Below, one piece after another: positions 28,019 to 38,036 of a stretch of DNA of 48,758 nt. The notes beneath the pieces are model-generated. The model was not told the origin of the DNA. It did no database searches and saw only the letters and a program-made list of their open reading frames with translations. The DNA lies in IMG/VR virus record IMGVR_UViG_3300020154_000006, positions 1 to 48,758 of that record; one strand, given 5' to 3'. Origin of the DNA: a virus. Lineage: Duplodnaviria; Caudoviricetes. The translations under genes and the position numbers were made by a program. Positions within the stretch are counted from its first letter, which is position 1, and every line of letters starts with the position of its first letter.

Positions 28019-28392
28019 TGCGCGCACAGAAAGTTATCCCTTTGGGTGATAACCGGGCGGTCGTTTTGAATGAGCTGCGGGTCAGGGACGCCCGCAAGCT
28101 GATAGCGCAAATCAAAGAACTCGGTCAGCTCAATATCGTTGAGCTGATCACCGATCGATTTGCCGAATTAGAGGCCTTGCTGGGCGATTGCATCGTCATG
28201 CCCGATGGCGAACGGCTGGATGATCTGAGTGCTGGCGAGGCCGTGCCTGTTATAGAAGGGATCCTGGAGGTGAACGCCTCTTTTTTGGACCTGCTGGCTC
28301 TTCTCGGTCTGCTGGAGTGGGTACCAGTGACACCACCGGCGACCTCGACAGAGCCTGTGTCTTCCTCATCGAGCGAGGACACGCCAACGTAG
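28018..28392 (+). CDS. Tail assembly chaperone G, with -1 frameshift product GT ending at 28457
   Basis: Lies between tube and tape measure. Slippery T TTT TTG at 28281-28287; the -1 frame encodes LDRACVFLIERGHANVANYGWQFF. Confidence 0.82.
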   Translation: MRAQKVIPLGDNRAVVLNELRVRDARKLIAQIKELGQLNIVELITDRFAELEALLGDCIVMPDGERLDDLSAGEAVPVIEGILEVNASFLDLLALLGLLEWVPVTPPATSTEPVSSSSSEDTPT

Positions 28393-28449
28393 CGAACTAC
28401 GGCTGGCAATTTTTTATAACAACCCTCCAACTCAGCAATAAGGGCGACA

Positions 28450-31400
28450 ATGGCTAACAATTCCCGCAATCTGGCATTAAGGCTGCTCATCAATGCCGAA
28501 GACAGGGCGTCAGCGGTATTGAACGGCTTGCGCAACAACGCAGGCAAAGTCGCGGCCGCGATCGCGGGTTATTTTTCCATCAGCGCCTTCAAGGGCATGG
28601 CCGATGATGCCGCCGCGTTCGAGCGGCAGATGGCGACCGTAGCGGCCGTTTCCGGCGTCGCCGGCGAGGACCTGAAAAAACTGGAGCAAGCGGCCAAGGA
28701 CATGGGCGCCAGCACCGAATTCTCGGCCATGGATGCCGCGCAGGCGCTGGAAAGCCTGGGGCGATCCGGATTAAATGCCGAGCAGCAGATGCAGGCGCTG
28801 CCGCAAGTGCTGGCGTTGGCGCAAGCCAATGGCCTGGAGCTTGGGCAGGCTGCCAGCTTCATCACGCAGACGGTCTCTGGCATGGGCCTGTCGTTCGGTG
28901 ATTCCGCCCGTGTCGCCGACGTGCTGACCAAGGCCGCAGCCAGCGCCAACACCAGCGTTGAAGGCTTGGGAGCCGGTCTGTCTTATGCGGCGCCGGTCGC
29001 CCAATCGCTGGGGCTGACGCTGGAGCAAACGACGGCCTATCTGGCCAGCCTGGCTAATGCCGGCATCGACGCCTCGCGCGCGGGCACGTCATTGAATAAT
29101 ATGATGTTCCAGTTCCAGGACCCGGCCAGCAAATTCCGCCGGGAACTGCAGGCCCTGGGTATCAACACCACGGATTTCAACAAAGCGCTGGCGGAACTCG
29201 CGAAAGAAGGCAAGGACGGCGAAGGCGCCATCTTGGCATTGGGCATGGAAGCTGGCCCGGCTATGCGCGCATTGCTCAATCAGGGCATTCCCTCGGTCCA
29301 GAAACTCACCGACACGCTCAATAATGCTGCCGGCGCTGCAAAAACCGCCGCCGCGACCATGACCGACAATCTGGTCGGCTCCGTGCGAAATCTGGACAGC
29401 GTCTGGGAGGGCCTGCGCCTGCAAATGGCTCAGCCGATCCTTGATCCGCTGAAAAACGCGATCAACTTCGTGTCCGGAAAACTGCAGGCCTTGGTCGACG
29501 ACGGCACGATCAGCCGGGTCGGGGAATTCATCGCGCAAACCTTTGACCGGGGCGCCAAAGCGTTCGAATCCTTTATCGGGAAAATCGATTTTAGCGTAGT
29601 GGGCGCCGCAGCCAATAATTTCGGCCAGAATTTCAAGATCGTTTTCAATGCTGGCGTCGAGATCGCCGGTACGCTGGCTGACACGATCGGCCGCGTTTAT
29701 GCAGCGCTCAATGCCAGTGGCGCTTTCGATTCATTCAAAGCAATCGCCACCACAGCGATCAAAGCCACTGTTGACGGCGTGCATGAGCTATCAAGGATCG
29801 TCACCGAAGCCTTTACGGTCGTTGCCGAATCGAAAGCCTTTACCGAGTTCGCGGACGCCGCGAAAATCGCCCTCGAAACGGTCATTGCGGTCGGCAAATC
29901 GCTGTCCGAGCCGTTTGTCGACCTTTTCAAGTTGCTCGGCGACGGCAAGGGCGAGGCGCAATCGTTCGGCCAGACATTCGGCCAGGTATTGACAACGCTG
30001 GCCCAAACCGTGACCTTGTTCGTCAGCGGATTTTCCACCGGGCTTGAAACCATAAAAACGGCGTTTTACGGCATCGCCGGCGCCGGTGCTCAGGTGATCA
30101 GCACGTTGTTGAATGGCGTGGCGGCCACGCAGGAGGGCCTGGCTAAAATCACCTTCGGGGACGTTTCCCGTAAATGGGCCGAGGCTGCCGCCGACAACCG
30201 ATTGATCGCTGAATCATTCGCCGAAAGCGCCGGCGTCAATTTCGCAAAAGCAGAAGCGGCCATGGATGGCGTCTCAACATCCGCACAGCGCACCAATGCC
30301 AGCTTGATGACGTTGGTCGGCGACGGCCTACAGCAATCGAACATGGGGCTGAGCGCCAATGCCCAGGCGTCACAGCAAGCCTGGGCGGCGGGCGATGCCT
30401 TGGCCAATAGTGCCGCTCAGTGGGTTAATCCGCACGCCGCTTTGGTCGAGCAGCTTAGGGAGCAACAGAATGCGCTGATCGCGACCGGCGCCAGCCAGGC
30501 AGAGCTGCAGCAGGTCAGTGCCAAGCTCACCAAAGCTCAGGATGACGCCAAGGCGGCCGCCGAACAGCACGCTAAAGCTATCGAAATAGCCGGAAGCAGC
30601 GCCAACACCGCGGCGGGCGATGTTGGCAGCCTGAACAAGCAAGTCAGTGATCTGCCCAAAGAGCCGAAAAAAATCGACATCAATGCCGACACCCGGGAAG
30701 CTTTGGACCGCATTAGCGAAATCAAGGCGCCGACCGCTTCCGTGCATACGGTCTATGCGGCCACGGGCGTCAATCAGGCGCTGGGGGAAATCAGTAAGCT
30801 GAAACAGCCTACCAGCAGTGTGCATACCGTCTATGTGAACCGCGTCGATAATGGGAGCTTGCCCGTGCAGGCGGCCGGCGACCCGGCCGCACAAGCCACT
30901 GGAGGCCCTGCCGGCCAACCGACCGGCCTGCCCTGGCGCTTCAACACCGGCGGCTATGCGCCCAGATCCGGCAAGCTGCCCGGCTTCGGCGGCGGCGACC
31001 GCATCAAGGCTTTATTGGAGGCCGGCGAATTTATCGTGCGCAAGGAAGCCGTGCAAGCCCTGGGCCTGCCGTTCATGCACGCTATCAATGCCGGGCGAGT
31101 GCCGACGGCCGGCGACGTGATCAAGCGGGCCATGGGCGGAAGCGTCGGCTATGACCTGGACGAGGAACTCCGGAAGAAACAGGAGGAACGCGAAAAGAAG
31201 ATCGTCGAGCGAATCATCGGCAATCCGCTGGCGCTTGGGCTGTCGGGGACATCCAGCTTTTCACGCTCAAAGATGCTGCGCAATGCCGGCAAGGTATTGA
31301 GCCAGATCGGCCGTGCGGATCTGGCGCCGAAGGTCGGCGAACTCATGAACGCCCGCCTGGCGGAAACCGGCGGCACGTATAGTACCAAAAGCAAGCTCGG

Positions 31401-31737
31401 CGACCGGCAAACCCAGTTCGACAAGGCCGCCATCTTAAAGGCGCATTTGTTCGACGAGCCGGCGGACGCTACCCAAAGGCCGCAATTGAATAGCGCCCCG
31501 TCCCTCCAGCTGCCCGCATTGCAGACGCCCAAAATCAACATCCCGATGCCGTCGATCCCGCGCCTGCCGGAAGCGCCGGCCGGCCGAGGGGCGGCATCGG
31601 CCAATGCAGCGCCCGGCCGAACCGAACGCATTCAGTTTATAGCGCCCAATGGGCAAAGCCTGACCGGCGAATTTAAGCCCGGCGATATGACCCAGATGCT
31701 GCAAATCCTCAAGGATGCCGGAGCGCGCACCGCATGA
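28450..31737 (+). CDS. Tape measure protein (TP901-type core)
   Basis: 1095 aa, Ala-rich; FERQMATVAAVSG, STEFSAMDAAQAL, GIDASRAGTSL; C-terminal GGGDRIKALLEAGEFIVRK. Confidence 0.95.
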   Translation: MANNSRNLALRLLINAEDRASAVLNGLRNNAGKVAAAIAGYFSISAFKGMADDAAAFERQMATVAAVSGVAGEDLKKLEQAAKDMGASTEFSAMDAAQALESLGRSGLNAEQQMQALPQVLALAQANGLELGQAASFITQTVSGMGLSFGDSARVADVLTKAAASANTSVEGLGAGLSYAAPVAQSLGLTLEQTTAYLASLANAGIDASRAGTSLNNMMFQFQDPASKFRRELQALGINTTDFNKALAELAKEGKDGEGAILALGMEAGPAMRALLNQGIPSVQKLTDTLNNAAGAAKTAAATMTDNLVGSVRNLDSVWEGLRLQMAQPILDPLKNAINFVSGKLQALVDDGTISRVGEFIAQTFDRGAKAFESFIGKIDFSVVGAAANNFGQNFKIVFNAGVEIAGTLADTIGRVYAALNASGAFDSFKAIATTAIKATVDGVHELSRIVTEAFTVVAESKAFTEFADAAKIALETVIAVGKSLSEPFVDLFKLLGDGKGEAQSFGQTFGQVLTTLAQTVTLFVSGFSTGLETIKTAFYGIAGAGAQVISTLLNGVAATQEGLAKITFGDVSRKWAEAAADNRLIAESFAESAGVNFAKAEAAMDGVSTSAQRTNASLMTLVGDGLQQSNMGLSANAQASQQAWAAGDALANSAAQWVNPHAALVEQLREQQNALIATGASQAELQQVSAKLTKAQDDAKAAAEQHAKAIEIAGSSANTAAGDVGSLNKQVSDLPKEPKKIDINADTREALDRISEIKAPTASVHTVYAATGVNQALGEISKLKQPTSSVHTVYVNRVDNGSLPVQAAGDPAAQATGGPAGQPTGLPWRFNTGGYAPRSGKLPGFGGGDRIKALLEAGEFIVRKEAVQALGLPFMHAINAGRVPTAGDVIKRAMGGSVGYDLDEELRKKQEEREKKIVERIIGNPLALGLSGTSSFSRSKMLRNAGKVLSQIGRADLAPKVGELMNARLAETGGTYSTKSKLGDRQTQFDKAAILKAHLFDEPADATQRPQLNSAPSLQLPALQTPKINIPMPSIPRLPEAPAGRGAASANAAPGRTERIQFIAPNGQSLTGEFKPGDMTQMLQILKDAGARTA

Positions 31738-32111
31738 GCATCCTATTAGATACGATCACGCTGCCGGACGATCTGATCTGGATCGATGAATACGCCCATA
31801 CGCCGGTTAAACAGACCGTCTCGACCGCCGTCGACGGTTCGCTGATCGTCGAGGCCGCCGCCCAGACCAAAGGCCGGCCGATCACGCTGGCCGGCGGCGC
31901 CGATTACGGCTGGATCGACCGGGCCACCCTGGAACTGCTGCGCGCGAAACAATACCAGCCCGGCCTGACCCTGACGCTGACCCTGCGCGGCACGGCTTAC
32001 AGCGTGCTGTTCACGCAGCCGGGCGGCATCGAGGCAGCGCCCGTGGTCGACTACAACACCCCGGATGCCAGCGACTGGTATACCGTGACCCTGAAATTTA
32101 TCGAAGTGTAG
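31734..32111 (+). CDS. Distal tail-like protein
   Basis: LPDDLIWIDE and GSLIVEAAAQTKGRPITL; follows the tape measure. Confidence 0.8.
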   Translation: MSILLDTITLPDDLIWIDEYAHTPVKQTVSTAVDGSLIVEAAAQTKGRPITLAGGADYGWIDRATLELLRAKQYQPGLTLTLTLRGTAYSVLFTQPGGIEAAPVVDYNTPDASDWYTVTLKFIEV

Positions 32112-32113
32112 CC

Positions 32114-32482
32114 ATGACTGATATTTATGAAGACATCAAGCAACTGGACGAGGCTTACGGGGCTGTCAATCTCCAAAAGACCATGGATGCCGGGAAGCGT
32201 GAACAAAGCCAGGCGGCAGCGCTGTTTTACGTCGTATGGTCGCTTTATAAGCGTGGGAGCGATGACTTTGCCATAACAGGAATTTTTTCAAAAGAAGTCG
32301 ACGCACATGCGTTAAAAGAACGACTGGATGGCGACTCATCCTGTTTAGCTGCCAGTGTAGACCGATGGCCCATGCCGGACATCATTGAGCACTTGGTTCG
32401 GGATCGATTGGGAAAAATGGCTGATCTCTTATTGCCCATCGAAAGCGCCATCAGAGCATTTATTAACGAGAAGAAAAATTAA
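32114..32482 (+). CDS. Hypothetical protein inserted in the tail operon
   Basis: Visibly more AT-rich than the flanking tail genes; no tail-protein motif. Confidence 0.65.
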   Translation: MTDIYEDIKQLDEAYGAVNLQKTMDAGKREQSQAAALFYVVWSLYKRGSDDFAITGIFSKEVDAHALKERLDGDSSCLAASVDRWPMPDIIEHLVRDRLGKMADLLLPIESAIRAFINEKKN

Positions 32483-32484
32483 AT

Positions 32485-34533
32485 ATGGCGATTTCAGAAA
32501 CCGACTTAAAACTGCTCAAATCCGAGCGCATGACCGATTTCAGCGACGGCGGCGGCAAAATGACCGGCAACGAAGTGACGGACGGCCTGGTCAATAACGT
32601 GTTCAACGACATCAGCCAGCTCGACCGCACCTATGGCCGGGTCAGTCTACGCAAGGTGTTCGCGGCCGTGCAGACCGCCAATACCGACACCTACCTGGGT
32701 GCCCATATCATCCTGACCGACCCGCCGGACGATCCGAACGTCAACGTGACCCTGTTCAGCACCGAGAGCTGGACCGACGAGCGCGACGCGGCTAAGAACC
32801 GCATAGAAAGCTACAGCATTCAAGGGCCGGAGGCGGCGTGGATTCTGTACGGCGACCACGTCGTCGGCCAGAAGCTACTCATGTTGTGGAGCCGCAGCAA
32901 TGCCGCGAACCTGACCACGCCGACCGCCGACGAAGCGCCCGAGGTCGGGGACATCTGCGTGCTGTCGGTCGAGAAGGCCGGTTTTACGGCCGATTTCCAG
33001 TTCGTGCGCATCACCAAGCTCATCAGCCGCGAGACGGCGCAGTTCACCGACGACAGAGGCAACTATTATAAAGATGTGCTGACGCTGGAAATCGCCAACC
33101 CGCTGCGCTATCTGTTCAAAGGGGCGACGCCGTCGCGGTACACGCTGTCGCGCAACGATCCGGCGGCCAGCCCGACCCTGTTTCGGAAAACCTCGGTGGC
33201 CGACGCGGCCGAGTATTACGGCGTTAAAAAGATTCTGGCGCCGCTGGCCATTAACGACCTGACCGTCGAAGTCGGCACGCCTTACAGCGCCCTGGTGCCC
33301 AGCGCCCAGGCCGAGACGCCGCTGGTGGACGTGCAGGCCAACCTGTCCCGGCCCAACTATGTGCAATCGGGCGCGGCGGCCAGTCTGACCGCCTCGGCGA
33401 CGCTGGCCGGCGATACGGCGCCCGATTACGCCGCCAGCCTGTATCTGGGTCGGGGCTTTCTGCCCGGCAGCCTGGCGCTGGACATCGGCGGCGCGGACTA
33501 TAAGGACAACGGCAGCGGCGCTCTCGTGCTGGCCAGCGGCCTGGCCGGCACCTATAGCGGCACGGTCGACTATGGCTCGGGCCAGATCAGCATTACCAAG
33601 GGCTCGGCCTGGTCGGCCACCGTGTCGGCCACGGCCACGCCGGCAGTCGCGACCTACGACAACGCCGGCACCCTGTCTATCCCTATCACGATCAACAACC
33701 GGGCCTTCAACTATGTGCAGACCCTGACGCCGCTCCCGGCGCCCGGCTCGCTGATCATCGATTACAAGGCGCTCGATAAGTGGTACCGGCTCTACGACGA
33801 CGGCCTGGGCCACCTGTCCGGCGCCGTCGACGGCATCGGCTCGGGCACGGTCAACTATGCCACGGGCTCGGTGCTGGTGACGCTGGCGGCCATGCCGGAC
33901 GTGGACAGCGCGGTCATTTTCGCCTGGACCACGCCGACCGATTACACGATGCAGACCTATGTGCTGCAGCAGCCCAAGCCGTCGGTCCAGGCCACGCTGG
34001 CTAATGTGCCCGTCGAGCCCGGCACGCTGGTCATCACCTGGCTGGACGGCACGGAGAAAACTGCCACGGCCGCCGCCGACGGCACGATCAGCGGCGATGC
34101 CACGGGCCGGATTGTGGCGGCCAACGGCGCCCTGGCGTTTGTCCCGACCACGATCCCGCCCTCGGGCACAGTCTTCAGCGTGGCTTATCAGCAGTCGCAG
34201 GCCCAGCAGGATTTGTTCACCGTGACCGGCGATGTGGAAGGCATTATCACCTTCACGCTGACGCAGCTGCCCGTCAAGCCCGGTTCCGTCAACCTGTCGC
34301 TGGCCGTGAACGGGGCAGACAGCGGCGGGAATTTCCCCGACACGGCCGGCAGTTTCGACGCCGGTTTTCAGTCCACGCCCGTGACAATTCAGGACGATGG
34401 TCTGGGCGGCTGGCTCGACTTCCAAGGCACGATCAACTACGCGACCGGCGCCTGCTCGGTCGATGTGACGAAAACGCGGCAGCGTCAGCAATTTATCGGC
34501 TATGAAGCGATGATCCAGTGGGGAGGCGTGTAA
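32485..34533 (+). CDS. Tail tip/baseplate protein, N-terminal part
   Basis: MAISETDLKLLKSERMTDFSDGGGKMTG...FNDISQLDRTYGRVSLRKVF; repeated G.VDY..G motifs. Confidence 0.85.
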   Translation: MAISETDLKLLKSERMTDFSDGGGKMTGNEVTDGLVNNVFNDISQLDRTYGRVSLRKVFAAVQTANTDTYLGAHIILTDPPDDPNVNVTLFSTESWTDERDAAKNRIESYSIQGPEAAWILYGDHVVGQKLLMLWSRSNAANLTTPTADEAPEVGDICVLSVEKAGFTADFQFVRITKLISRETAQFTDDRGNYYKDVLTLEIANPLRYLFKGATPSRYTLSRNDPAASPTLFRKTSVADAAEYYGVKKILAPLAINDLTVEVGTPYSALVPSAQAETPLVDVQANLSRPNYVQSGAAASLTASATLAGDTAPDYAASLYLGRGFLPGSLALDIGGADYKDNGSGALVLASGLAGTYSGTVDYGSGQISITKGSAWSATVSATATPAVATYDNAGTLSIPITINNRAFNYVQTLTPLPAPGSLIIDYKALDKWYRLYDDGLGHLSGAVDGIGSGTVNYATGSVLVTLAAMPDVDSAVIFAWTTPTDYTMQTYVLQQPKPSVQATLANVPVEPGTLVITWLDGTEKTATAAADGTISGDATGRIVAANGALAFVPTTIPPSGTVFSVAYQQSQAQQDLFTVTGDVEGIITFTLTQLPVKPGSVNLSLAVNGADSGGNFPDTAGSFDAGFQSTPVTIQDDGLGGWLDFQGTINYATGACSVDVTKTRQRQQFIGYEAMIQWGGV

Positions 34534-36119
34534 TGAGCAAAGCGATTTATCAAACCATCAATGTCATGGACTTTCTGTCGCCGAATACGGCGCTGACCGT
34601 CAGCTATTCGCTGGACGGCGCTACGCCGGCGGCGAAAAACGAGACCGTCAACCTGACAGAACTGAAAGTCGACCTGTCCACGACCACGGCCGAGGCGTTG
34701 GTCGCGGGCGGCCTCAAATTCAGCATTGCAGGCGAGACCTTCATCGACCGGCAGGGCGTTTTGTACCGAGGCCATGACGCCGCCACCGACAGCGCCACGG
34801 CCTCAGGCAGCCTCGACTACCAGACCGGCCAGGCGATACTGACGCAGTGGGCTGGCGGTAGCCCGACGCTGACCATCCACGCGGCGGTCAGCATCAAGGG
34901 CACGGCCGCCGTGGTCGGCGTGGCGGGCCGCGCGCCCGGCGCACCGCTGGCCACCGGGCAGTTCCAGCTGGTCTGCACGGCGCAGGACGGCACCGCCATC
35001 GTGGCCAGCGCCGACAACAACGGCGACATCGCGCACGAATGGGTAAAAGGGCATGTCGACTGGCAGTCCGGCGTGTTCATGATCGGTTTCGGCAAGCTGG
35101 TGCTGGACAGCACGATCCCGGCCGACGTGAAAACCAACTCGGGCTGGTACGACGCGGCCAACGTCGACGGCGACGGCAAGATCTGGACGCCGTTGCTGGT
35201 CAAACCTGAAACGATCACCTTCAACGCCGTTTTAGTCAGCTATATTCCGCTCGATGCCGACATCCTGGGCGTCGATACGGTCCGGCTGCCGCAGGACGGC
35301 CGCGTGCCGATCTTTCGCGTCGGCAATGTCGGCGTCGTGCACAACACGCAGACGCTGACGCTGCCGAATCCGGTTCTGGCCGGCAGCGTGCACGACTGCG
35401 GCCGCACGCTGCTCAGCTATGCCAAGGTGTTCGACGCCGACGGCCAGATCGTGCCCACCAGCAAATACACGGCCGACCTGGACGCCGGCACGGTCACGAT
35501 GGCCGACCCGCTGGACCTGACCGGCTATGTGCAGCCCCTTTATATCGAGCACCGCATCGAGGACATGGCGCTGGTCACCGACGTGCAGATTACCGGCCAG
35601 GTCAAATTGATGAAGCCGGTGCGCCATGCCTACCCGGCCAACACCAGTTATTTTAGCAGCGCGCTCGTGATCGGCGACCTGCAGGCCCGCGTGGCCGATC
35701 TGTTAGACCAGCAGACCTGGGGCAATGTCTGGAGCGACACCCTGTCTGGCTCGCCGGCCGGGGCCTCGTTCAACGATGCGCTGTATCCGATCGACGTGAC
35801 CAACCTCGGCGCGATCCAGGAGCGCTGGGCGCTCGTGTTCACGGGCGCGACCGCGTTTAGCTGCTACGGCGAAGACTCTGGACTGGTCGCCGAAGGCACG
35901 ACCGGCGCCGATTTCGCGCCGATCAACCCGATCACGGGCACGCCGTATTTCACGATCGACCATCTGGGCTGGGGCGCCGGCTGGAGCGCCGGCAACGCGC
36001 TGCGCTTTAACACCATCGCGGCCAATTTCCCGCTGCAGCTGGCTCGCACGACCCTGCAATCGGACCCGGCCGTCTACACGGATAATTTCAAACTACAAAT
36101 CAGAGGCGATGCCAACTAA
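34533..36119 (+). CDS. Tail tip/baseplate protein, C-terminal part
   Basis: PLDADILGVDTVRLPQDGRVPIFR, GAIQERWAL, APINPITGTPYF and GWSAGNALRFNT motifs; GGAGG RBS and TAATG coupling. Confidence 0.85.
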   Translation: MSKAIYQTINVMDFLSPNTALTVSYSLDGATPAAKNETVNLTELKVDLSTTTAEALVAGGLKFSIAGETFIDRQGVLYRGHDAATDSATASGSLDYQTGQAILTQWAGGSPTLTIHAAVSIKGTAAVVGVAGRAPGAPLATGQFQLVCTAQDGTAIVASADNNGDIAHEWVKGHVDWQSGVFMIGFGKLVLDSTIPADVKTNSGWYDAANVDGDGKIWTPLLVKPETITFNAVLVSYIPLDADILGVDTVRLPQDGRVPIFRVGNVGVVHNTQTLTLPNPVLAGSVHDCGRTLLSYAKVFDADGQIVPTSKYTADLDAGTVTMADPLDLTGYVQPLYIEHRIEDMALVTDVQITGQVKLMKPVRHAYPANTSYFSSALVIGDLQARVADLLDQQTWGNVWSDTLSGSPAGASFNDALYPIDVTNLGAIQERWALVFTGATAFSCYGEDSGLVAEGTTGADFAPINPITGTPYFTIDHLGWGAGWSAGNALRFNTIAANFPLQLARTTLQSDPAVYTDNFKLQIRGDAN

Positions 36120-37264
36120 TGACCGCACCCGTTAAAAACTATCTCTCTACTGACACCGGCGCCCCGACCTGGAACGGCACGATCGGATCGACCATCGCCG
36201 TGCTGGATGCGCTGCTGATCAATGGATTCAACGAAAAAACCCTGTCGTCCCTGACGCAGGCCGACGGCGTGGCGACGGCGACCACGGCCACGGCGCACGG
36301 CTACCGCGTGAATCAGGTCGTCGAAATCGCCGGCGCGAACGAGGCGGGCTATAACGGCCAGTTCACGGTCATGTCTGTGTCGACCCTGGCGTTTACGTAT
36401 GCCGTCGATTCCGGCTTGGCGGCCACGGCCACCGGCACGCTCACGGCCAAAGTGGCGCCGCTGGGCTGGACCAAGGCGTTCAGCGGCACCAACAAGGCCG
36501 CGTATCGCTCGAACAATGTTGCGTCGACACAGTGCTTGCTGCGCGTTGACGATTCGAACGCGCTGTATTCACTGGTGCGCGGCTATAAAACCATGACCGA
36601 CATCGATACCGGCGCCGACCCGTTCCCGACCACGGCTCAGCAGGCCAACTATGCCTGGAAAAAAAGCTCGACGGCTGACGCGACGGCTCGCAAATGGACG
36701 CTGTTCGGCGACGACATGCTGTTTATGTTTGCGCTGGCCTACTCGACGGCTTCGGGCAACACCCCGGGCTCGTCCGCCTGGCCGCCCCTTTTTGGCTTCG
36801 GCGATTTCATCTCGTACAAACCGGGCGATGTGTTTAATTGCCTGATTTACGCCTACGCGACAACGGCCCCAACCAATATCTACAATGATGCCGGATTTAA
36901 CCATACTGCCAATATCCCTTATTGCCCACGAGCCTTTACGCAAATCGGATCGGCGCTCAGGCTGTCAAAATTAGGCATTTATCCCAATGCATCATCAGGT
37001 TTAGCATCTGGCGGGCTGTCGTACCCCAATCCCGAAGATAACGGGCTGCTGATCTGGAGCCGGCACGTGCTGCAGGATAGCTCCAGCGATGTGCGCGGCA
37101 TCCAGCCGGGTGCGTATCATCTGCCGCAGGCCGTGCCGATGAACGACGGCGATGTCGTATCGGATGTCGAAGGCTACGCGGGAAAGCAATTTTTCATGCT
37201 GGGCTGTAGCAATGCTGCCACCGAGGCTCGCATGGCCATCGACATAACCGGGCCCTGGCGATGA
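36119..37264 (+). CDS. Tail fibre / receptor-binding protein candidate
   Basis: TGAPTWNGTIGSTIAVLDALLINGF, AHGY..NQVVEIAGA...YNG, APLGWTKAFSGTNKAAYRS, ending DITGPWR. Confidence 0.78.
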   Translation: MTAPVKNYLSTDTGAPTWNGTIGSTIAVLDALLINGFNEKTLSSLTQADGVATATTATAHGYRVNQVVEIAGANEAGYNGQFTVMSVSTLAFTYAVDSGLAATATGTLTAKVAPLGWTKAFSGTNKAAYRSNNVASTQCLLRVDDSNALYSLVRGYKTMTDIDTGADPFPTTAQQANYAWKKSSTADATARKWTLFGDDMLFMFALAYSTASGNTPGSSAWPPLFGFGDFISYKPGDVFNCLIYAYATTAPTNIYNDAGFNHTANIPYCPRAFTQIGSALRLSKLGIYPNASSGLASGGLSYPNPEDNGLLIWSRHVLQDSSSDVRGIQPGAYHLPQAVPMNDGDVVSDVEGYAGKQFFMLGCSNAATEARMAIDITGPWR

Positions 37265-37608
37265 GCGCGCGTTCACTCGACCCCTATGGCCGCCTGCCGA
37301 CGCCCAACCAGCCGACCACGCAGACCAATCGGCTAGTTGATCGAGGGCTGCCGCGTCATGCCATTTTTGAGCTGGATGGCCCAGGCACGCTCAGCGGCAC
37401 CGTGAAAGAGGGCGCGATCCCGGTCGCCGCGCGCAAGGTTTTTTTATTGGATAAGCGCAACATGGCGCTTTTGCGCTGCACCGTATCGGCCAGCGATGGT
37501 TCGTACGCCTTCCCCGGCCTGAACAAATCGCTGAAATACGTCGTGATCGCGTTCGATCCCACACAGAATTTTAACGCCGTCATCGCCGACAACGTCACCC
37601 CGGTTTAA
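37261..37608 (+). CDS. Tail protein with carboxypeptidase-regulatory-like beta-sandwich
   Basis: GTLSGTVKEGAIPVAARKVFL...SDGSYAFPGL...FNAVIADNVTP. Confidence 0.78.
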   Translation: MSARSLDPYGRLPTPNQPTTQTNRLVDRGLPRHAIFELDGPGTLSGTVKEGAIPVAARKVFLLDKRNMALLRCTVSASDGSYAFPGLNKSLKYVVIAFDPTQNFNAVIADNVTPV

Positions 37609-37618
37609 GGAGTAGCTT

Positions 37619-38032
37619 ATGAGTATCATTGGCTTTGCCGACGATCTGCGCACGGCCCGCGCCGAGCAGATTATCGCCAAAATTAACGCCGGCGCAGGGC
37701 CTGGCACGATGTTGTTTTACACGGCCCCGCAGCCGGCCAAGGGCGCGGCCATCACTACGCAGACGCTGCTGGGAACGGTTACTTTCTCAGAACCGGCCGG
37801 TTCCGTGGTTGATGGCGAGCTGACGTTCGACGTGATCGCCGACGACGCCAGCGCCGACGCCGACGGCCCGGCCGTCTGGGTGCGAGTGCTCAATGGCGAC
37901 GGCGGTTTCGTGATGGACATGCCGGTCACCGATACTAACGGCACAGGCCCCGTCAAAATGCCCTCGACGCAGATTTACGCGGGCGGCACGATCCACGTCG
38001 CCAGCGCCGTGCTGACCGAAGGCAATATCTAA
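37619..38032 (+). CDS. Tail protein
   Basis: AAGGAG RBS; GAGPGTMLFYTAPQP...ADADGPAVWVR. Confidence 0.75.
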   Translation: MSIIGFADDLRTARAEQIIAKINAGAGPGTMLFYTAPQPAKGAAITTQTLLGTVTFSEPAGSVVDGELTFDVIADDASADADGPAVWVRVLNGDGGFVMDMPVTDTNGTGPVKMPSTQIYAGGTIHVASAVLTEGNI

Positions 38033-38036
38033 CCCC

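Noticed and set aside
30700-30840. Duplicated PT.SVHTVY segment in the tape measure as a DGR template/variable repeat pair
   Set aside because: Short intragenic protein repeat, differences not restricted to adenines, and no reverse transcriptase present.
32875-34491. Long antisense ORFs over structural genes (e.g. 538 aa here, also 38160-39152, 39180-40133, 23849-24814)
   Set aside because: Shadow frames expected from high-GC codon bias on the coding strand; no RBS or motifs.
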